Shown: positions 40,179 to 50,710, counted from the stretch's first letter. The stretch: 64,000 bases of DNA from an uncultured delta proteobacterium (GCA_963794325.1 CAWCDG010000009.1:64001-128000), one strand, 5' to 3'. Made by a program: numbers and translations. Notes: generated from the sequence alone by a model not told the origin.

Positions 40179-40796
40179 TCAAACCGACCGAGCGCTGCCT
40201 TCGTAAAGGAAAGAAAACGGACGCGGAGCAAATTTCTGGTATCCGGTGCTGAGTCGCTCGATACGAAATCCGGCGGCTTGAATAAGATCATCAACCTTTC
40301 GATTGAGATGACAGCCACCGCCGATGTGTTTCCAGACCGGCGTGATCCGGTCCTGCCAGAGCACCACGTCCGGATCGGGCGCGCGCCCGTGCTCTGCGAA
40401 CAGCAGTGCGCCCTCGGGTTTGAGAACTCGCCGCATCTCGACGAGCGCCGCGCCTACGTCAGGTATGGAACACAGCGTGAAGGTCATCACGACGGTATCA
40501 AAGCTATGATCATCGAGCGGCAATTTCTCGCTTGAGGCTTCCAGCAGACGCACGGGGAATCCCACATTTGCGACGCGCTGGCTGGCCTTTGCCAGAAGTT
40601 CGGCCGAGGGATCGACTCCATAAACGGTTTCCACACTCGGGGGATACGATGAGAGGTTGAGACCCGAACCGATCCCAATCTCAAGCACTCGTCCCTGCGC
40701 GGCTCCTGCCGTGCGCTCCCGGAACGGGGCGAAATTCTTCTGGCGCATGGTCAACTCGATCACTTGCGGCAGTATCCATCGATTGTAGAAACCCAT
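40179..40796 (-). CDS. Class I SAM-dependent methyltransferase
   Basis: VLEIGIGSG, FTLCSIPD, EHG, GGCHLNR. Confidence 0.88.
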   Translation of the reverse strand: MGFYNRWILPQVIELTMRQKNFAPFRERTAGAAQGRVLEIGIGSGLNLSSYPPSVETVYGVDPSAELLAKASQRVANVGFPVRLLEASSEKLPLDDHSFDTVVMTFTLCSIPDVGAALVEMRRVLKPEGALLFAEHGRAPDPDVVLWQDRITPVWKHIGGGCHLNRKVDDLIQAAGFRIERLSTGYQKFAPRPFSFLYEGSARSV

Positions 40797-41133
40797 CTGG
40801 TCTTCACTCCACGTTCACGAAAAGTTCGATACCGCGCCCGCGAAGAACTTTGGTCATCACTGGGGCGAACTTGATTAGCTTCCCGTATGTGGCTTACCTG
40901 AATCCTGAGACGAAGAATATCTGCGAGAATACCGCGACGCTGCATGCGAGTTCAGTTTTTGCCCTAAAAACACGCCCCATTTGCATCCGGTTGCATCGGC
41001 GTCATAAATGAGTAAATCATTAGATACGAGGCTGCATGGTCAGGAATCACCAACTATGCGGTGTTTAAAGAAGGTTCGATTACTTATGTTTGGTCACACG
41101 AAGAAACCTTTAGAGCTCGCGGGACGAAAGGTC

Positions 41134-41613
41134 ATGGAAAAATCGCTGCTGAAGCAGTTCGAGGGATCCGACGGTCGCCGGCATCTGATCAAGGCCTTGA
41201 CCTTGCAGCCGCTGATTCGCGATCAAAACGTGGCAATCGTACTCGCGCGGCGGGTGATGCTCGAAGCAGTTCCCGCCGGCAAGAAACTCATTCAGCAAGA
41301 TGCTTCCGACCGGGATCTTTTTCTGATTCTGGAGGGCGTATTTTCGATCGTCATCAACGGGCGCATCGCGGCCAGTGCGAAAGCCGGCGAGCATGTCGGT
41401 GAAATGTCGGTCGTCGATCCCGAGATGCCTCGCTCGGCGTCGGTTATTGCGAGTTCGGATTCGATCGTTGCGCGCATTTCAGAGTCTGACTTTTCGACGG
41501 TCGCCGATCGATTCCCTCAACTGTGGCGGCGAATCGCGCTTCAACTGGCACGCCGGGTGCGGCATGGATTCCCGGTCGATCGCGCAAGAGTGAAAGCGGG
41601 CCGCGCCGCTTAG
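41134..41613 (+). CDS. Stand-alone cyclic nucleotide-binding domain protein
   Basis: LIQQD...LFLILEG...GEHVGEMS...RSASV. Confidence 0.8.
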   Translation: MEKSLLKQFEGSDGRRHLIKALTLQPLIRDQNVAIVLARRVMLEAVPAGKKLIQQDASDRDLFLILEGVFSIVINGRIAASAKAGEHVGEMSVVDPEMPRSASVIASSDSIVARISESDFSTVADRFPQLWRRIALQLARRVRHGFPVDRARVKAGRAA

Positions 41614-41619
41614 CCAACC

Positions 41620-42519
41620 TCATCGACTTTTGAGGGCTTCGAGCTCGTCCAGCGTGCGCGGCCAATCATCGTGCATAAGGCGCGAAAGAGCGCGGTCAGC
41701 TAACAGGCGGCCGCCAGTTTGGCACTTCGCACAGTAGTTAGTCTCGTTGCTCGCATAGCGGATGCGCTGAATCCTGGCGCCGCATCGCGGGCACGGCTGA
41801 CGATAGCGGCCGTGGACCGCCATCTCCGGTCTGAACGCGGTCACCTTCTCCGGAAATTCAGCGTCAGCTTCGGCGCGCAAACGATCGATCCATTCGAGTA
41901 ATGTCGCGCGAGTAGCGTGGTAAAGCCGCGCGACTTCATCGCCGGTCAATTTCTGCGTCATCGCGATTGGCGAGAGCTGCGCGCGATGCAGAATTTCGTC
42001 GGAGTATGCGTTGCCGATTCCGCTGAAAATATGTGGGTCGGTTAACGATCGCTTCAGCGTGTGATTGGACGATCGTAGCGCCGTAGCGAATTCGTCGAGC
42101 TTGACCTCGAGCGGTTCGACCCCGCCGGCATTCAACGACTCGAGGCCCGCATCTGTCTCCACCACGCGCAGCGCGGCCCGTCGCTGCGTTCCCGCTTCGG
42201 TAAGCCAGAGCCAGCCGTTGTCGAACTCGAAGGCAGCCAGGATATTTCTGCCACCGAGTTTCGGCGCGGAGGTTTTCCAATGCAGGCGGCCCGCGATCAT
42301 GAGATGTAGTACGAGCCACAAATCGCCTTCGACGCCGATAGCGATCTGCTTCCCGACCCGTCGGACTTCGTTGACCGTCCGGCCCGCGGTTGCGATGATC
42401 GGCGGCGCAATGGAGCGCAACAGAAACGGGGATTTGACGATTGTCCTGACCAGCTGGTGCCCGACAACGCGCGACCGGATCGCTTCGACATAAACGCTGA
42501 TATCAGGCAGTTCCGGCAT
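41620..42519 (-). CDS. Fpg/Nei family DNA glycosylase
   Basis: MPELPD, HLMIAG, SGIGNAYSDEIL, CPRC...CAKCQ zinc finger. Confidence 0.9.
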   Translation of the reverse strand: MPELPDISVYVEAIRSRVVGHQLVRTIVKSPFLLRSIAPPIIATAGRTVNEVRRVGKQIAIGVEGDLWLVLHLMIAGRLHWKTSAPKLGGRNILAAFEFDNGWLWLTEAGTQRRAALRVVETDAGLESLNAGGVEPLEVKLDEFATALRSSNHTLKRSLTDPHIFSGIGNAYSDEILHRAQLSPIAMTQKLTGDEVARLYHATRATLLEWIDRLRAEADAEFPEKVTAFRPEMAVHGRYRQPCPRCGARIQRIRYASNETNYCAKCQTGGRLLADRALSRLMHDDWPRTLDELEALKSR

Positions 42520-42571
42520 GAGAGTTTTTTTACCGCGCGCCGTGTTACATTTACCCCGAATCGTGTCTAAA

Positions 42572-42723
42572 CAGGATGTTGAAAAAGTAATTTTCAACGC
42601 CTGTTCCCTCTCTCTTGTCTCCCCCAAAGGGGGAGAGGCTATAGGTAAGAGGACAGTTTAACGCAGGGTGTTGAAAAGCTTGAAATCGAAAATGAATATT
42701 GATTCCGGTTTTTCAACACCCTG
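42572..42723. repeat. MITE-like composite palindromic repeat, copy 1
   Basis: Ends CAGGATGTTGAAAAA / TTTTTCAACACCCTG; near-identical to 52207-52359. Confidence 0.8.
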
Positions 42724-42738
42724 TATCGAGGACGCGCC

Positions 42739-43149
42739 ATGAACTACTTTCTTGCCAAGACCGAACCCGGCACTTACTCGATCGACGATCTCGAGCGCGA
42801 CCGGCGCACCAGTTGGGACGGGGTGACCAATCCGCAAGCGGTCCGCGCGATCCGCGAGATGAAGCCCGGCGACACCGTGTTCATCTACCACAGCGGCGGT
42901 GTTTCGAGCGTGGTCGGATGGGCGGTGGTGAAATCGGCCCCGCGCGACGATCCGAAAAATCCGAAGTCTGCGGTGGTCGATTTGGAATTCGGTGGGCGAT
43001 TGGATTCACCCATCGCTCTGGCGGAGATCAAGCAATCAGGAAAGTTTGATGACTTGGCGCTGGTCCGGCAAGGACGACTGTCGACGATGGCGGTGCCCGA
43101 AAACCTGGTGGCGTGGATTCGCGTGCGAAATCCGAAAGCGAAGATCTAG
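42739..43149 (+). CDS. EVE domain protein
   Basis: YFLAKTEP..YS, WDGVTN, GD.VFIYHS, RLS. Confidence 0.9.
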   Translation: MNYFLAKTEPGTYSIDDLERDRRTSWDGVTNPQAVRAIREMKPGDTVFIYHSGGVSSVVGWAVVKSAPRDDPKNPKSAVVDLEFGGRLDSPIALAEIKQSGKFDDLALVRQGRLSTMAVPENLVAWIRVRNPKAKI

Positions 43150-43219
43150 AAGACGCGAGCGCCTCGCGAGAAGCGAGGCGCCCACGACCTTCAGAACGTC
43201 GGCTGTTTAGCTTCAACGA

Positions 43220-43570
43220 TTAGTAACAACGCCCGCGAGCCCAGCTGGCTTGCCGCGCCAGGTCCCAGGCGGCCGCGGGGTGGCCATTGTACCGATCTAT
43301 CAAAGCCTGCCTCTGGAGACGCTGGGCATTTGCGCAAGCGCCATATCCCCATGCTCCACCGCGATAGCCAGAGCCGTAGTACCGATTCGCATAATCATAG
43401 CCGCGGTAGCGATAGCCGTCGTCGGAGTCGCGATGCCCCCAGTTAACAAGTTCAACATAGTTGGAATTTGCGTTGTAGGCTGGTTCGGCGAAGGCTGGTG
43501 CACTCATCATGGGCAGCGCCAGCATTGCACCCGCCAAAACGCCAGTAATCAATTTTGTTTTGAATTTCAT
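43220..43570 (-). CDS. Secreted Tyr/Gly-rich hypothetical protein
   Basis: Signal peptide SAPAFA; two Cys; sigma54 site upstream. Confidence 0.7.
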   Translation of the reverse strand: MKFKTKLITGVLAGAMLALPMMSAPAFAEPAYNANSNYVELVNWGHRDSDDGYRYRGYDYANRYYGSGYRGGAWGYGACANAQRLQRQALIDRYNGHPAAAWDLARQASWARGRCY

Positions 43571-43595
43571 GGAACTTGCACCTGCGAGAATAGAA

Positions 43596-43611
43596 AGCAT
43601 CAACAGTGCCA
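43596..43611 (-). promoter_or_regulatory. Sigma54 promoter
   Basis: TGGCACTGTTGATGCT (GG-N10-GC). Confidence 0.6.
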
Positions 43612-43796
43612 ATACTGACCTATCAGGAGATTTTCGAAATCCCTGATCTTTTTCGAGCCGAAACCGTCTGAAGCTCGTACGAAATACAGGCCTTCGCGCG
43701 AATGGATTTTCTACAATGCGAAACGCGGGAAGATGAACATATTGAAAGGAAAACGAAAGCGGCTATCGACGACTCTCCGCGAGCAACATGAGCTGC

Positions 43797-45026
43797 TCAC
43801 GCTATCGTATTCCGCGCACCAGCAATCGTCAGACCCAGCGCTTTGGCGATCTCAGTAGCGATCCAATCCGCCTGGATAGGATCTCCGATTCCGTCACCAA
43901 AATTCAGGTTGCCATCGTCACCGTAACGCACCTGGATTCGACGATACAGCGTCGTTCCGGCGGTCATCCCCGCGATTGACCTGACGTCGCGCACCTCGCT
44001 GGACGCAACTCGCCGCGTCGATACGGGAATACCGCACAAGCGCCACGTCACTTTCAGTTCGCCATCACCGATGACCACGGTCGTGGTGCCGAACATCATT
44101 GCGGTGACCCAGATAACCACGATCGCTTCGATAACCGGCCACATGATTTTGAAGATCAGTGGTGCGTGTTCTTTGAAGACTTCGTAAGTGCAACCGGACC
44201 AAATCGCCAGGAATACCAACATACCGAAGATCACCGACGGATTGCGGAACGCCCGAAAATGGACTTTGGTATGGCCGTCGGCGGTGGGCCCGATGCGGAT
44301 AGCCGAACCTTGCGGACGAAACTCGCTCACGCGCTGGTCGCGGCGGATGCGCAAGTCGACCGCGTCGGCAGCCTCCGCAGAGCTTTCGCCGAGCTGAAAG
44401 ATCGGCACCTCGAAGCTCGATTTGTAGTTGACGATCCCGCCGGGCGAGGACGCCTTGAGTTGCCAGTAGATCCGATCCCGGAAGTTGGTATCGTCAGTCG
44501 GCCTGCATTCGGGAGGAATCGGGAACGCGACCGGGATCGAGCCGTCGCCAGCGGACGTGACCTCCGAGTCGTCGCTCCACAGCGGCCGGTTGCTGCTGCT
44601 ATTGCCCGAGCTAGTGACGTTGATACAGACCAGCTTGAGGTTTACCCGGCGCATCGGCTCGACACCGCCGCCAACGTGGATAGAGCCTTCGAGCGTTCCG
44701 CCTATTTTCCCCGGCACTGATTTCATCTCGAAGCGCGAAACGCCGTACACATTCCATCGTAAAAGCAGGTGTATCGCCCAACCGATCAGTCCGCATCCAA
44801 TTATCGGAAAGATTGCGAGCAACGCGAATTTTGGCTCGTAGCGCAGGTTATGAGCTAGTAACGCCGGTACTGCGCTTGGCAGCGCGATCGCATTCCAGAA
44901 GAGCGCGAGCGCGGAGACTGCAATCGCGCCGGGCTTGGCGCTCGAATGAATCTCGCCCGCTGCCCACTGCGCGCGCCACAGCCATGGTTCATTCGGATGC
45001 GCGTGTTTCAGATCCACTTTCGTCAT
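43797..45026 (-). CDS. Hypothetical membrane protein
   Basis: 409-aa ORF with two TM pairs flanking a beta-rich soluble domain. Confidence 0.7.
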   Translation of the reverse strand: MTKVDLKHAHPNEPWLWRAQWAAGEIHSSAKPGAIAVSALALFWNAIALPSAVPALLAHNLRYEPKFALLAIFPIIGCGLIGWAIHLLLRWNVYGVSRFEMKSVPGKIGGTLEGSIHVGGGVEPMRRVNLKLVCINVTSSGNSSSNRPLWSDDSEVTSAGDGSIPVAFPIPPECRPTDDTNFRDRIYWQLKASSPGGIVNYKSSFEVPIFQLGESSAEAADAVDLRIRRDQRVSEFRPQGSAIRIGPTADGHTKVHFRAFRNPSVIFGMLVFLAIWSGCTYEVFKEHAPLIFKIMWPVIEAIVVIWVTAMMFGTTTVVIGDGELKVTWRLCGIPVSTRRVASSEVRDVRSIAGMTAGTTLYRRIQVRYGDDGNLNFGDGIGDPIQADWIATEIAKALGLTIAGARNTIA

Positions 45027-45068
45027 TGCTGCGATAGTTATCGAAGCCCAGCAATTGTGTCACCTAAG

Positions 45069-45101
45069 AAAAAACGGGAGCGGTCACAACGACCGCTCCC
45101 G
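45069..45101 (-). terminator. Rho-independent terminator
   Basis: CGGGAGCGGTC/GACCGCTCCCG stem followed by T6 on the minus strand. Confidence 0.85.
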
Positions 45102-45134
45102 CTCTCATAACTCCGAACTGATCGAATCTGCTGG

Positions 45135-45683
45135 CTACGGAGTGCTCTTGGCAGGCTTTTCCTTGTTGAACGTCAAGGTCATCGCGACGACGCCCGCCGC
45201 GACGTTCAAGCCGTTCTGTCCTTCGATCGACACCGGCTGCAACGCGACCGAGCTGTTGAAGCCTCCGACCAGTACGTTGGCGCCCGCGCCGACTCCTACC
45301 GCTGCGCTCGCAGTCGCCCCGCCGTAGTGACCGGCAAGTGCGCCCTGGCCGAGGTTGGTGGTCGGTGCCAGAACCGCCCACAGAATTACGCCCGACTGCA
45401 GGTAGCCGATGTCAGCGCCGAACTTCGTGATCGAGCCCGTGTAGTACTCGGTATATCCGGGCTGTAGCGCGTATGCGCACTCCAGCTTGCGCGATGAGCC
45501 GAAAATAAATCCCCATCCTGCCGCTACGTGACAGGTCAGGTATCCGGCGCGTACCGCGGCCCCTCCGCCGCTTGCTGGAGCGGGTGCAGGCGCTGCGCCT
45601 TGGGCGCGTGCGGATGGTGATCCGGCGGCCAATGCAATCGCCAAACCCAGCGCGACTACCAGTCCCTTCGATTTCAAATTCAT
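45135..45683 (-). CDS. DUF992 family secreted protein
   Basis: GYLTC...GFIFGSS..LEC, GVGAGANVLVGG, LQPVSIEGQ.GLNVAAG. Confidence 0.88.
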   Translation of the reverse strand: MNLKSKGLVVALGLAIALAAGSPSARAQGAAPAPAPASGGGAAVRAGYLTCHVAAGWGFIFGSSRKLECAYALQPGYTEYYTGSITKFGADIGYLQSGVILWAVLAPTTNLGQGALAGHYGGATASAAVGVGAGANVLVGGFNSSVALQPVSIEGQNGLNVAAGVVAMTLTFNKEKPAKSTP

Positions 45684-45880
45684 TTTCGTCCTCCGTTCTA
45701 TGGTCAGGCTGTCTGTTCCGTTGGTTCCCTAGTCGAGGGCAAACTCGCATTTTACTTGGGCAAATGCAATACGAGCGCTCCCAGTGCCTTCGTCCGGCGA
45801 CTACGGCTTGACTATGATTCCACAATACCGCACCATCCTGCGGTTGCAGCCGTCACGCCAAAACTCAGGAGAACCCATCG

Positions 45881-46385
45881 ATGAGCCTTAAGAGTATTCT
45901 TGCTCGTTTCACCGCCGCTTCGCTTTTTCTTTCTGCACTTGGATTGAGCGGATTCGCCTTCGCGCAACCCTCGCAGAAACAACTCGACATCGCGGCCGCG
46001 CGAGCACAGCGCAAAGCGACAGTCGGCGCAAATATGAATCTCACGCCGGATGAAGCGTCCAAAGTTCTGGCCGGTTTACGACGCGTACGAAAAAAAGATG
46101 GATAGCATCGAGGATCGCCACGTCAAAGAGCTCAAGGATTTTGCCAAAAAGTACAATAGCTTCACCGACGCCGACGCCAAGAAGAAACTGGACGAGGTTC
46201 TGGCGATCCAGCAGGCGCGGCTCGACGTGCAAAAGGAATTCGTTCCGCAGTTCCGCGACGTCGTCTCACAGGTGAAGGTGACCCGCTTCTATCAGATCGA
46301 CAATAAGATCCAGGCGCTGATCCAGTGCGACATCGCGCAGTTGGTGCCGCTCGCGGCAGCGCCCGGCGAGACTAATCAACAGTAA
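45881..46385 (+). pseudogene. Periplasmic helical protein with a +1 frameshift at 46061-46064
   Basis: Removing one A from AAAG joins MNLTPDEAS to KFWPVYDAYEKK into one signal-peptide protein. Confidence 0.7.
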
Positions 46386-46391
46386 CTGACC

Positions 46392-46425
46392 AGGTCTGCC
46401 CGCGCTGCGCGCTGCGGGCAGACCT
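46392..46425. terminator. Hairpin between convergent genes
   Basis: AGGTCTGCCCGC...GCGGGCAGACCT 12-bp stem. Confidence 0.6.
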
Positions 46426-46954
46426 ATTTCTTATGCACGCGCGCGATCGACTCGAGGATCAATTGGCGGGCCGCGTCGCGATCCACCCAATCGCCTACCT
46501 TTACCCACTTCCCTTTTTCCAGATCCTTGTAATGGCGGAAGAAGTGATCGATCTGATCGAGCATTATCTTCGGCAGATCGGTGTAGTTCCCGATTCCATC
46601 GAAATACGGGTTTAGCTCGTCCACCGGCACCGCGAGAATTTTCTCGTCAATGCCGTTCTCGTCTTCCATCAGCAGTGCCCCCACCGGACGGCATCTGATG
46701 ACGGCGCCGGGCGCGACCGGCGCTTGTGACAGCACGAGCACGTCACAAGGGTCACCGTCTTCGGACAGCGTATTCGGAATGAATCCGTAATTGGCCGGAT
46801 AATACATCGCGGTATGCAGAAAACGATTCACAAACAGGGCGCCGGAGGCCTTGTCGAGCTCATACTTCACCGGAACTCCGCCCTGCGGGATTTCCACCAG
46901 CACGTTGATCTCGTCTGGCGGGTTGCGCCCCGGCGGAATTTTCGTAACGTCCAT
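46424..46954 (-). CDS. ppa: Inorganic pyrophosphatase
   Basis: KYELDK, YPANYGFIP.TLSEDGDP.D, HFF.HYKDLEKGKW. Confidence 0.95.
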   Translation of the reverse strand: MDVTKIPPGRNPPDEINVLVEIPQGGVPVKYELDKASGALFVNRFLHTAMYYPANYGFIPNTLSEDGDPCDVLVLSQAPVAPGAVIRCRPVGALLMEDENGIDEKILAVPVDELNPYFDGIGNYTDLPKIMLDQIDHFFRHYKDLEKGKWVKVGDWVDRDAARQLILESIARVHKK

Positions 46955-47051
46955 GCGATTGCGCGCCTCCGTGAATTGAATTGAGTAGAGCACGCGATCG
47001 CATTCAAGGCCATCGCGAGTCGGCGCAACCACGACTCGTGAGATCGGTCGG

Positions 47052-49133
47052 TTACTTCAGGCCGAGTTTCTTGATGCGAGTGCTTAGCGTGCTCGGCCTG
47101 ATTCCCAGCAACTCTGCGGCGCCGCCGGCGCCATAAATTCGGCCACCGCTGCGTTTCAACGCGGCAATCATATTGTCCCGCATGCGGCGGGTCATCTCCT
47201 TGTCCGGGATCACTTCCGACTCTTCGCGAGATTTGGACCGAGTTGCCGCCGGCGCAGACGACCGTGATTCCGCCGATGGAATATCGAGCCCGAGCGATCC
47301 CAGATGAGATGTGATCACCGCCCGCTCGATGACGTTTTGCAGTTCGCGGACGTTTCCAGGCCAATCGTAATTCTGTAGTTGGCGCATCTGGCTCGGGGTC
47401 AGATGCAGACCCGATCGACTGAACCGCTTGCTCGCCAGCTCCAGAAAATGCTTCGCGAGTATTGGGATGTCGTCCTTGCGCTCGCGCAACGGCGGCACCT
47501 CGATCGGAAAAACGCTCAGCCGGTAGTAGAGATCCTCCCGGAAGCGCCCCGCGCGGACCAGGCTTTTGAGGTCACGATTACTCGCCGCGACAATCCGGAC
47601 ATCGACGCGCCGCATCGTATCGGCGCCGACCGGCTCAAATTCGCCCTCCTGCAGGACTCGCAGCAGCTTGGGCTGCATCGCCAGCGGCAGCTCGCCTATT
47701 TCGTCCAGAAAAAGAGTGCCGCCATCAGCCAATTGAAAGCGGCCGATTCGATCTCTCAGCGCGCCACTGAACGCCCCCTTGACGTGGCCGAAGAACTCAC
47801 TTTCGAATAACTCCCGCGGGATTGCGGTGCAGTTGATCTTGACCAGTGGACGGTCGCGCCGCAGGCTCCGTTCATGGATCGCGCGTGCCACCAGCTCCTT
47901 TCCCACTCCGGTCTCGCCGAGGATAAGTACGGTGGCATCGGTCGGAGCGACCATCTCGATCTGCTCCAGCATGCGATGCACTCCGGCGCTTTTGCCGAGG
48001 ATCGCGCCGCTGCCGGAAGCTGCTCTGACCTCCTCCTGCAGGTATGCGTTCTCCGACTCCAGCCGCTCGCGCAGCTTGTCGTAGTATTGAACCCGCTCGC
48101 TGATATCGCGCCAATTGAAGACGACGTATCGAGTATCGGCCGGGTCCCGCAATCGCCGGCCAACTGCTTCGACGTCGATGGTTGAACCGTCGCGGCGTCG
48201 CACACGCACGCGTATCGTCTGAACTTCTTCCGGATTTTCAAGTGCGCGGCGGATTTTGTCGGTAAGCGGAGCGACGTCTTCCGGCCTGATAAAGTCTCCG
48301 GCGTGGCGCCCTATCATCTCCTCCGGCTTGTAACCCAGCAGGCGCTCAGCCGACGGCGTCATGTATATGATCCGTCCGTCAGCGTCCAGAACTGTGATGC
48401 CGTCGGATGCGTTTTCGGTTAGCGCGCGAAGGCGATCATGGCTGCGGCGAAGCTCCTCACGCTCCTCAGCCCAACGAGCGAGCTGGGCGATCATCCAATC
48501 GAGCCTGGCCGCTTCCGATGGCTGCGCGATCAGCGCGGGCGGTTCGTAGTAAGGATCGGAAATGAGCTTCTCCTCGACGATTGCCATGGGATGGCTGCGG
48601 AGCGCGGCTTGAAGATATTCCGCGGAAAGTAGCTGTCGCTCGTAAATGCAAACGGCGATGGCGTGCGCTTTCGGGAAAAACTCGGTATTCAAGCGCGCCT
48701 CGTATTCGATCAGAACGTCATGCGCAACCTCGAGTTCCACCGCCCAGGTCATTTCAACCACGAAAGCGGCGCGTGAAAAGCCCGCTTTCAACGCCTGTTG
48801 AGCTCTGGCCCTGAACACCGACAGGAAGGCAGTCGCGTCTAACTTCTCCAGCGGCATATATTCGCGACCGCTGAACAGCGTCAGCGCGCCCCGTTCACGG
48901 GCCTGTTCGACGTCGATTCCAGCCTGAGCGAGTTCGGCAACCACGTCTTCCATTGCGCGTTCGCCGATTGCGTAAAAGCACATCTCCTTCCGGGAGAGGC
49001 AACGTCGCACAAAGGGGACAACGATAGAATGAGCCAGCGGCGAGCCGGATGAGATCGCGCAAACGTGATCGCCCGGTTGGAGCGATTCTATTTGGTCTTC
49101 AAGAGTCGGTACGCTGAACAGACCGGAACTCAT
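47052..49133 (-). CDS. Sigma54-dependent activator with MEDS and PAS input domains
   Basis: GDHVCAI...EMTWA...YEARLN...CIY...SHP (MEDS); GETGVGKE; GAFSGA; WPGNVREL; alternative start 49175. Confidence 0.9.
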   Translation of the reverse strand: MSSGLFSVPTLEDQIESLQPGDHVCAISSGSPLAHSIVVPFVRRCLSRKEMCFYAIGERAMEDVVAELAQAGIDVEQARERGALTLFSGREYMPLEKLDATAFLSVFRARAQQALKAGFSRAAFVVEMTWAVELEVAHDVLIEYEARLNTEFFPKAHAIAVCIYERQLLSAEYLQAALRSHPMAIVEEKLISDPYYEPPALIAQPSEAARLDWMIAQLARWAEEREELRRSHDRLRALTENASDGITVLDADGRIIYMTPSAERLLGYKPEEMIGRHAGDFIRPEDVAPLTDKIRRALENPEEVQTIRVRVRRRDGSTIDVEAVGRRLRDPADTRYVVFNWRDISERVQYYDKLRERLESENAYLQEEVRAASGSGAILGKSAGVHRMLEQIEMVAPTDATVLILGETGVGKELVARAIHERSLRRDRPLVKINCTAIPRELFESEFFGHVKGAFSGALRDRIGRFQLADGGTLFLDEIGELPLAMQPKLLRVLQEGEFEPVGADTMRRVDVRIVAASNRDLKSLVRAGRFREDLYYRLSVFPIEVPPLRERKDDIPILAKHFLELASKRFSRSGLHLTPSQMRQLQNYDWPGNVRELQNVIERAVITSHLGSLGLDIPSAESRSSAPAATRSKSREESEVIPDKEMTRRMRDNMIAALKRSGGRIYGAGGAAELLGIRPSTLSTRIKKLGLK

Positions 49134-49282
49134 GTCCCACCTTTCTTGTGTCCAGCTATGAGACGCTCCTCCCATAATCTAACTTATTAAGCAATTTTGC
49201 GACCGCTTTGTTGACTCCAAGTATTCTTCGTGGGATCGCGGAGCGGACAGCCGCGAGAGGCGTCGTGCAACACCTAGTCGCC

Positions 49283-49332
49283 ACAACGAAATGTCGTTGT
49301 TAGACGCAATCGCAACGAAACTTCGTTGCGAT
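49283..49332. promoter_or_regulatory. Tandem palindromic enhancer sites
   Basis: ACAACGA-AATG-TCGTTGT and ATCGCAACGAA-AC-TTCGTTGCGAT, centres 29 bp apart. Confidence 0.7.
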
Positions 49333-49391
49333 ATGATGCCGTTAATTTCTCGTTACCCCAGCATTATTAAGCATTTTTCTGCCCAGACCGC

Positions 49392-49407
49392 TGGCACAAC
49401 GCCTGCT
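49392..49407 (+). promoter_or_regulatory. Sigma54 promoter
   Basis: TGGCACAACGCCTGCT (GG-N10-GC). Confidence 0.75.
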
Positions 49408-49417
49408 TTTATATGCG

Positions 49418-49780
49418 ATGGTTAAACAGACTGATCGGCCCTCCACCGTTGACCCAAAAACCGCGAATCAACTGTTGAATCTCCTGGATGGAGATGACAC
49501 CGAGATTTTCGAGATCGATCGTTCCAACCTGGTCCTTCAACTTCGCACCCTCCACCGCGCAATCAACGAAAGCGCAGAAGAGATGGCGATGGTCGCTGAC
49601 GAGGCGGTATTTGCCAAGTCAGTTTCTCAGGCACTGACCCGTACCGCGCGGAAGTTATCCCGGGCCGCGGAAGATTTGAACGCTCTTCATCGGATGCTCC
49701 AGCAAGCTCGTCCACCCACCGTTCCAGCACGACTCACGCGAAAGCCGGCGCCGCGCAATCGACGCAGGAAACCAAATTGA
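49418..49780 (+). CDS. Hypothetical coiled-coil protein, paralog A
   Basis: FEIDRSNLVLQLRTLHRAINESAEEM; homologous to 50326-50679. Confidence 0.75.
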   Translation: MVKQTDRPSTVDPKTANQLLNLLDGDDTEIFEIDRSNLVLQLRTLHRAINESAEEMAMVADEAVFAKSVSQALTRTARKLSRAAEDLNALHRMLQQARPPTVPARLTRKPAPRNRRRKPN

Positions 49781-50325
49781 TGGTAAGCACGAGAACGCGA
49801 GCGGATCAGCGACACAAGCTTGGCAAATCACTACACTCTTAGCTGTCGTGTGGGGAGTTTCTTTTGAGATATACAGCGCTGAGTTGACGCGCACGGATCA
49901 GCTTTGATCTCGCTGATTCGAAGATGATGCCGCCAAGCGTGCGATGAATTACTGGCCTAAAATCGACCTCTGGCATCTTCCACAGATGAAGGGAGGTGCC
50001 GACGAACTTTGCGACATCCTTTCGTGCACTCAAGTTGCAAGAGTCGTGGCAGTGATTTCATATTCGAATGGTGGCGCATCGATCAGAAGATATTGCTCCA
50101 CGCACGAGCACAAAGGCTTCGAAGCGCTGAAACGAAACTACCCACAGGTCCTACCGCTCGATCACCGCCTCTCAAGCTCGATACGCACCTTCAAGCCACG
50201 ATAACCGAAGCAGCCGTTCGTTCAGACCCGGTCCTCGGATAGCTGGTGACAGCTAGTTTTTGAGCCCTTGACTTTCAGTGAGCAAGGCGGTCTCTCTTAG
50301 ACTCATCGAGCAGGAGGCATCGACC

Positions 50326-50679
50326 ATGCTGAAATCTTGCAAATCTCGAAATGCTCGAAAAAGTACAGATCTTCCGCAAACTTTCGATTCGTGGTTCGAT
50401 CAAAACGAACTTTTCGAAATCGATCGTTCCAACCTGGTCCTTCAACTCCGCACCATAAGGCGTGCAATCAACGAGAGTGCGGAGGATATGGAGATGACGG
50501 CGGTCGAGAGGGTATTTGTTGACTCAGTCTCTCGAATCCTCGCCAGAACCGCGCGGAAGTTGTACCGGGTCTCAGAGGATTTGCACGGTCTCCATGGGAT
50601 AGTCCAGCGAGCGCGTCTTCCCAAAGAGCCTGAACAATCCAATTCAAGGCGGCTGCCGCGCAGGAAGAAACGAAACTGA
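50326..50679 (+). CDS. Hypothetical coiled-coil protein, paralog B
   Basis: FEIDRSNLVLQLRTIRRAINESAEDM; RBS AGGAGG. Confidence 0.75.
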   Translation: MLKSCKSRNARKSTDLPQTFDSWFDQNELFEIDRSNLVLQLRTIRRAINESAEDMEMTAVERVFVDSVSRILARTARKLYRVSEDLHGLHGIVQRARLPKEPEQSNSRRLPRRKKRN

Positions 50680-50710
50680 TCTACGTCAGATGCGCGCGCG
50701 CCAGTCGCGG

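Noticed and set aside
49944-50204. 86-aa ORF between the two paralogs
   Set aside because: No SD or recognisable motif; cannot be supported from sequence alone
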